Assembly: GCA_903835325.1 (NCBI GenBank) | Contig: CAILMU010000061.1 | Location: forward strand, 1-54,742 | Length of the DNA: 54,742 nucleotides | Source of the DNA: an uncultured Candidatus Micrarchaeota archaeon | GTDB lineage: Archaea > Micrarchaeota > Micrarchaeia > Anstonellales > Bilamarchaeaceae | Direction: 5' to 3' | Part shown: positions 54,001 to 54,742 of the stretch, piece by piece | Layout of the letters: the number at the start of each line of letters is the position of its first letter | Position numbering within the stretch: the stretch's first letter is position 1 | The notes under the pieces: generated by a model | The model's input: only the letters and a program-made list of their open reading frames with translations | Told to the model about the DNA's origin: nothing | Databases searched by the model: none | Translations under genes and position numbers: made by a program

Positions 54001-54741
54001 CCACCGTTCTATGTGCTCCCAGAGCCGCGCCCGCACCGGCGCGAGTATCTTGCGCCTGAGATTGTGCTTTATCTCCTCTATGTCGCGCTCGATTATCTGG
54101 TATGTGTCCTCGATCCCGGCCTGCAGGTTGGCTGCCCCGCGCGTGTCGATGGCTTTGGTCGGCGCCACTTTCGATATCATGGGGTTGATGAAGATGCTCC
54201 CCAAAGCGTCGTTCGCGTCCGACTGCGCCAGCTGGCCGCGTATCACCGCCTGCCTCGCGTTCGCGATGGCCGAGATGAATTGCGGGGCGGTGTAGAAATA
54301 GATGTAGTTGGAGACCAGTTCGGAAGTCGTTTTGTCCTTCTTCTCCTGGATGCCTTTCTCTATGCTGTCCAGGTCGCCGGCGAGCCAGCCGAGCGAGGCC
54401 TTGTTCTTCTCGACGAATTTCGTGAGCGGTTCGCCGTAGGTGTCCGCGAGCCTTTTGCGGTCAGGCTTCGCCTTGCTCATCTCCGCATATATGTCCTGCA
54501 TGGCTTTGGCGAGCGTGCCGACAGAGAAGCCTATCAGCGGGACCGGGTTCGCGCCCTTAGTCGCTTGGGAAGCGAGCTGCTTCATGAACGGGTCGTCCAT
54601 CTTGCCCGGCATCTCCTTCTCGAGCTCGCTGACGGATTTCACCACCCAGCCCATGCTGTCGAGGTTCTTCCATACGCTGTCTAGAAATTCCTTGCCGTAG
54701 GTTTTCTCCAGGGCAGCGCGCTGCTCGTGCAATGGCTTCAC
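48061..54741 (-). CDS. giant hypothetical protein (more than 2226 aa), N-terminus beyond the window edge
   Basis: The ORF is open to the window end. The helical N-terminal part carries a repeated ...YG..F... module. The middle and C-terminal parts are beta-rich and aromatic/Gly-rich. The protein ends ...AGFMIHAGMLF. Confidence 0.88.
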   Translation of the reverse strand: MKPLHEQRAALEKTYGKEFLDSVWKNLDSMGWVVKSVSELEKEMPGKMDDPFMKQLASQATKGANPVPLIGFSVGTLAKAMQDIYAEMSKAKPDRKRLADTYGEPLTKFVEKNKASLGWLAGDLDSIEKGIQEKKDKTTSELVSNYIYFYTAPQFISAIANARQAVIRGQLAQSDANDALGSIFINPMISKVAPTKAIDTRGAANLQAGIEDTYQIIERDIEEIKHNLRRKILAPVRARLWEHIERWEKENVRLRGESNSPNLGSDAIRAISARQKSLRDSMITPQELNEAVETAFALIHVAETGGDLMNTPMLPGITPTLSTASGRMASLMAKFAAIAGTPKRAVMEDVVAGVLRKANPELFGFIIGMDEKAYFDALGSVYASIKKGDTVQERQWVSLYGQRFVTAVRAQAPNLAFLDSPEKMKLKMGNMKMVENDLYSSILIRTYRAITNPSAGEDRASMVKIFGEEFVKAVEAQKDSLATLKEAGANLDTVKDLPQSVRNALMQAYPSAHSKAVLGTLRSYRDQDTHMLEDITSIISVIEENKSRPQTKENIELYKGALAELYDVHGEAFVKAIEANFELLEKIIQSPSTTADTLESQMPPELYETLNSGFEHGPGVAKSNFMKNFIHLADVIPKVYLQIKTATSFTNATQTMSTDLTQAIQYYRDELGTNDYLFNLFVNLDLFSRNLESLSKRYNVDLPPNFKGISSPEQLAAFLATDSGKNLITQGRNFFNQLSDQYNLSRSTGNFHPSTGDLTDAAVADLPNKLSLMDALYLGMALERYSGTDSSFSKAAANSLMQTIVIISQRDPYLLGPFLLDVMPAILDVTQDEMTLISAMSAFTANVVARYDNGQSSWAYSNVINRRYFLGVFADIGANLRKATSDFDHNRLEDELRLVPEPRLDMNYKLPYLYQPKPGFWQTTGFEPMPTNYGQIPQPLDLYPRATMPTQARQPVGTGIAFTPGADTTYSYMSDQVREPGPKMFRQRVSNRFRIGAIGASTLLRRIGESFGPMPADYSGYWLNTVGEAGGFFGRTSSGSTTTDTGGIAAFLGQRSISGGHREAVTYTDSTTTTIAGPAGGPVTSSTATRQYTVDAQANAMKVPFSGILPFLAEDENVGITRGIGNIHREYAGTTTTLSPPGGASSSTEQKTRGYTKGLLDTYSRIAKENATDMLVYVAGEHYDELTNQPSQGRLDSRLVFITKEGNMYQLDYGSDTQAELMNFLYFGANTRQFLSSIKTIGSSMLSKDSAAGGLSGTAVGFTLPTGGGETYSALAFGNLARDIQSMTPYAAQQAVGNAVTHLLQDRKQKDVYAAFFRGNEVVKTDPTDNTHISDSAFSGGVGEVLWRRMRTREGPLADQFEFRAAGGAMRTPVFSTSGGNWSPVVGVKGAWEWKPTKYQTKSVGATVSYSDINLMDNYMMASAQADQMYSRIKTTLVNFYHWSEDEARNTGLLISATYMYGKLEDWTQRNADGTYTVGQRKDANGNPINTPSPHYGSLLFMYWAQRHSFLVGGQRVPGFTNMYNTIDSAMRDIQLNPQNQETILGNLNKSLQSYVDRDIWRFTLGYGYDGEKTRAYLIGSGQWMTSTTASLTPQDQQAYANLSGLMIFGKPTSTYAQIDLRGYGYAPVVIDTSQPTISISRPALRPYADMYAGFGYVNYPLGPEYQYERPLSIPSEPNAARALMDVYHEYGNMMGPNRRRLEGIYGKAFIDIADQGRDDLSWMVKPKLEIVRDLQAKKKDQEYYVMPLITHFHDDLGKSADALIDIYTELRKTKPDLERLKADYGIDILEMVMKGNRDYDWILLSPDRMEKAFIARTQKANSIEARLSETRMPSPPVQTQLTGAELKTVMERDIKGVLQQAMDSSSEYGLNADRYDIILSQRLSADSSMRDKSDRKLFKDQRNNKYYILNTKVSEPGSIGALMIGNYEDLKEWQEAGLQIGGAISRLVIDKEGSNYKLMFSGDKRARWFSAGKVIGGYTVPLTSQAAKSWSATNNWTVGGIIDVFQDHKYDILAGLKVGTRQYSVEQYRDLQFMVSGRLRTVATESVLNQWFGYVFFNAAQQRIVAASSDVFHNTDELADICTKLGVGSCANLSEFQRATAGLGITWSRTNVVTGTTNALHIFYEGGKETGRVLGATSIPAAGATLDQSDSYSQFIMRGGIGYTNTTIERGGVGSKWWITAVGWKGYWPFMPMSTARPESMQSTATMVENQPMQAGFMIHAGMLF

Positions 54742-54742
54742 C

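Noticed and set aside
1-54742. Scanned the window for CRISPR arrays, rRNA genes, transposases or integrases, reverse transcriptase (a diversity-generating retroelement targeting the giant surface proteins) and secretion or pilus ATPases.
   Set aside because: None of these features was visible by eye. I found no regularly spaced short repeats, no RT motif (YxDD) in a plausible ORF, and no Walker-A protein other than the Fap7-like kinase. A DGR template or variable-repeat pair cannot be fully excluded without computing near-identical repeats.

Overview
The window looks archaeal. It encodes an archaeal-type tRNA 2'-O-methyltransferase (aTrm56), a Fap7-like kinase and a short PurA. It also has a tRNA-Ser whose T-loop carries an insert, and AT-rich TATA-like boxes about 25-30 nt upstream of start codons, consistent with leaderless transcripts. 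GC content is moderately high, so every long gene carries spurious antisense ORFs. Ordinary content: purA (5'-truncated), a HAD hydrolase, a minus-strand operon (wHTH-nucleotidyltransferase/HEPN pair, Fap7-like kinase, scpB, tRNA-Ser), a PadR regulator, trm56 and an AbiE-like pair. The main result is an eight-gene module of about 17 kb present twice in tandem (11337-28082 and 28231-45645). Each copy has a giant membrane-anchored protein on the minus strand, read divergently across a 38-bp spacer from a tightly coupled plus-strand operon. That operon encodes six mutually paralogous polytopic membrane proteins, which share three sequence motifs including an extreme C-terminal acidic/hydrophobic tail. 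It ends in a giant, extremely Cys-rich, sequon-rich lipoprotein-like protein of about 1700 aa. The module contains no ATPase, pilin, glycosyltransferase or any family I recognise. A frameshifted trm56 remnant marks the duplication junction. Two further giant ORFs flank the region: 1783 aa, and more than 2226 aa with a beta-rich C-terminus ending in Phe. Six ORFs longer than 1200 aa occupy about 55% of the window. I interpret the duplicated module as an undescribed envelope or cell-contact apparatus, possibly from a small-genome symbiotic (DPANN-like) archaeon. The function and the lineage are both inference. I found no CRISPR array, rRNA, transposase or integrase.
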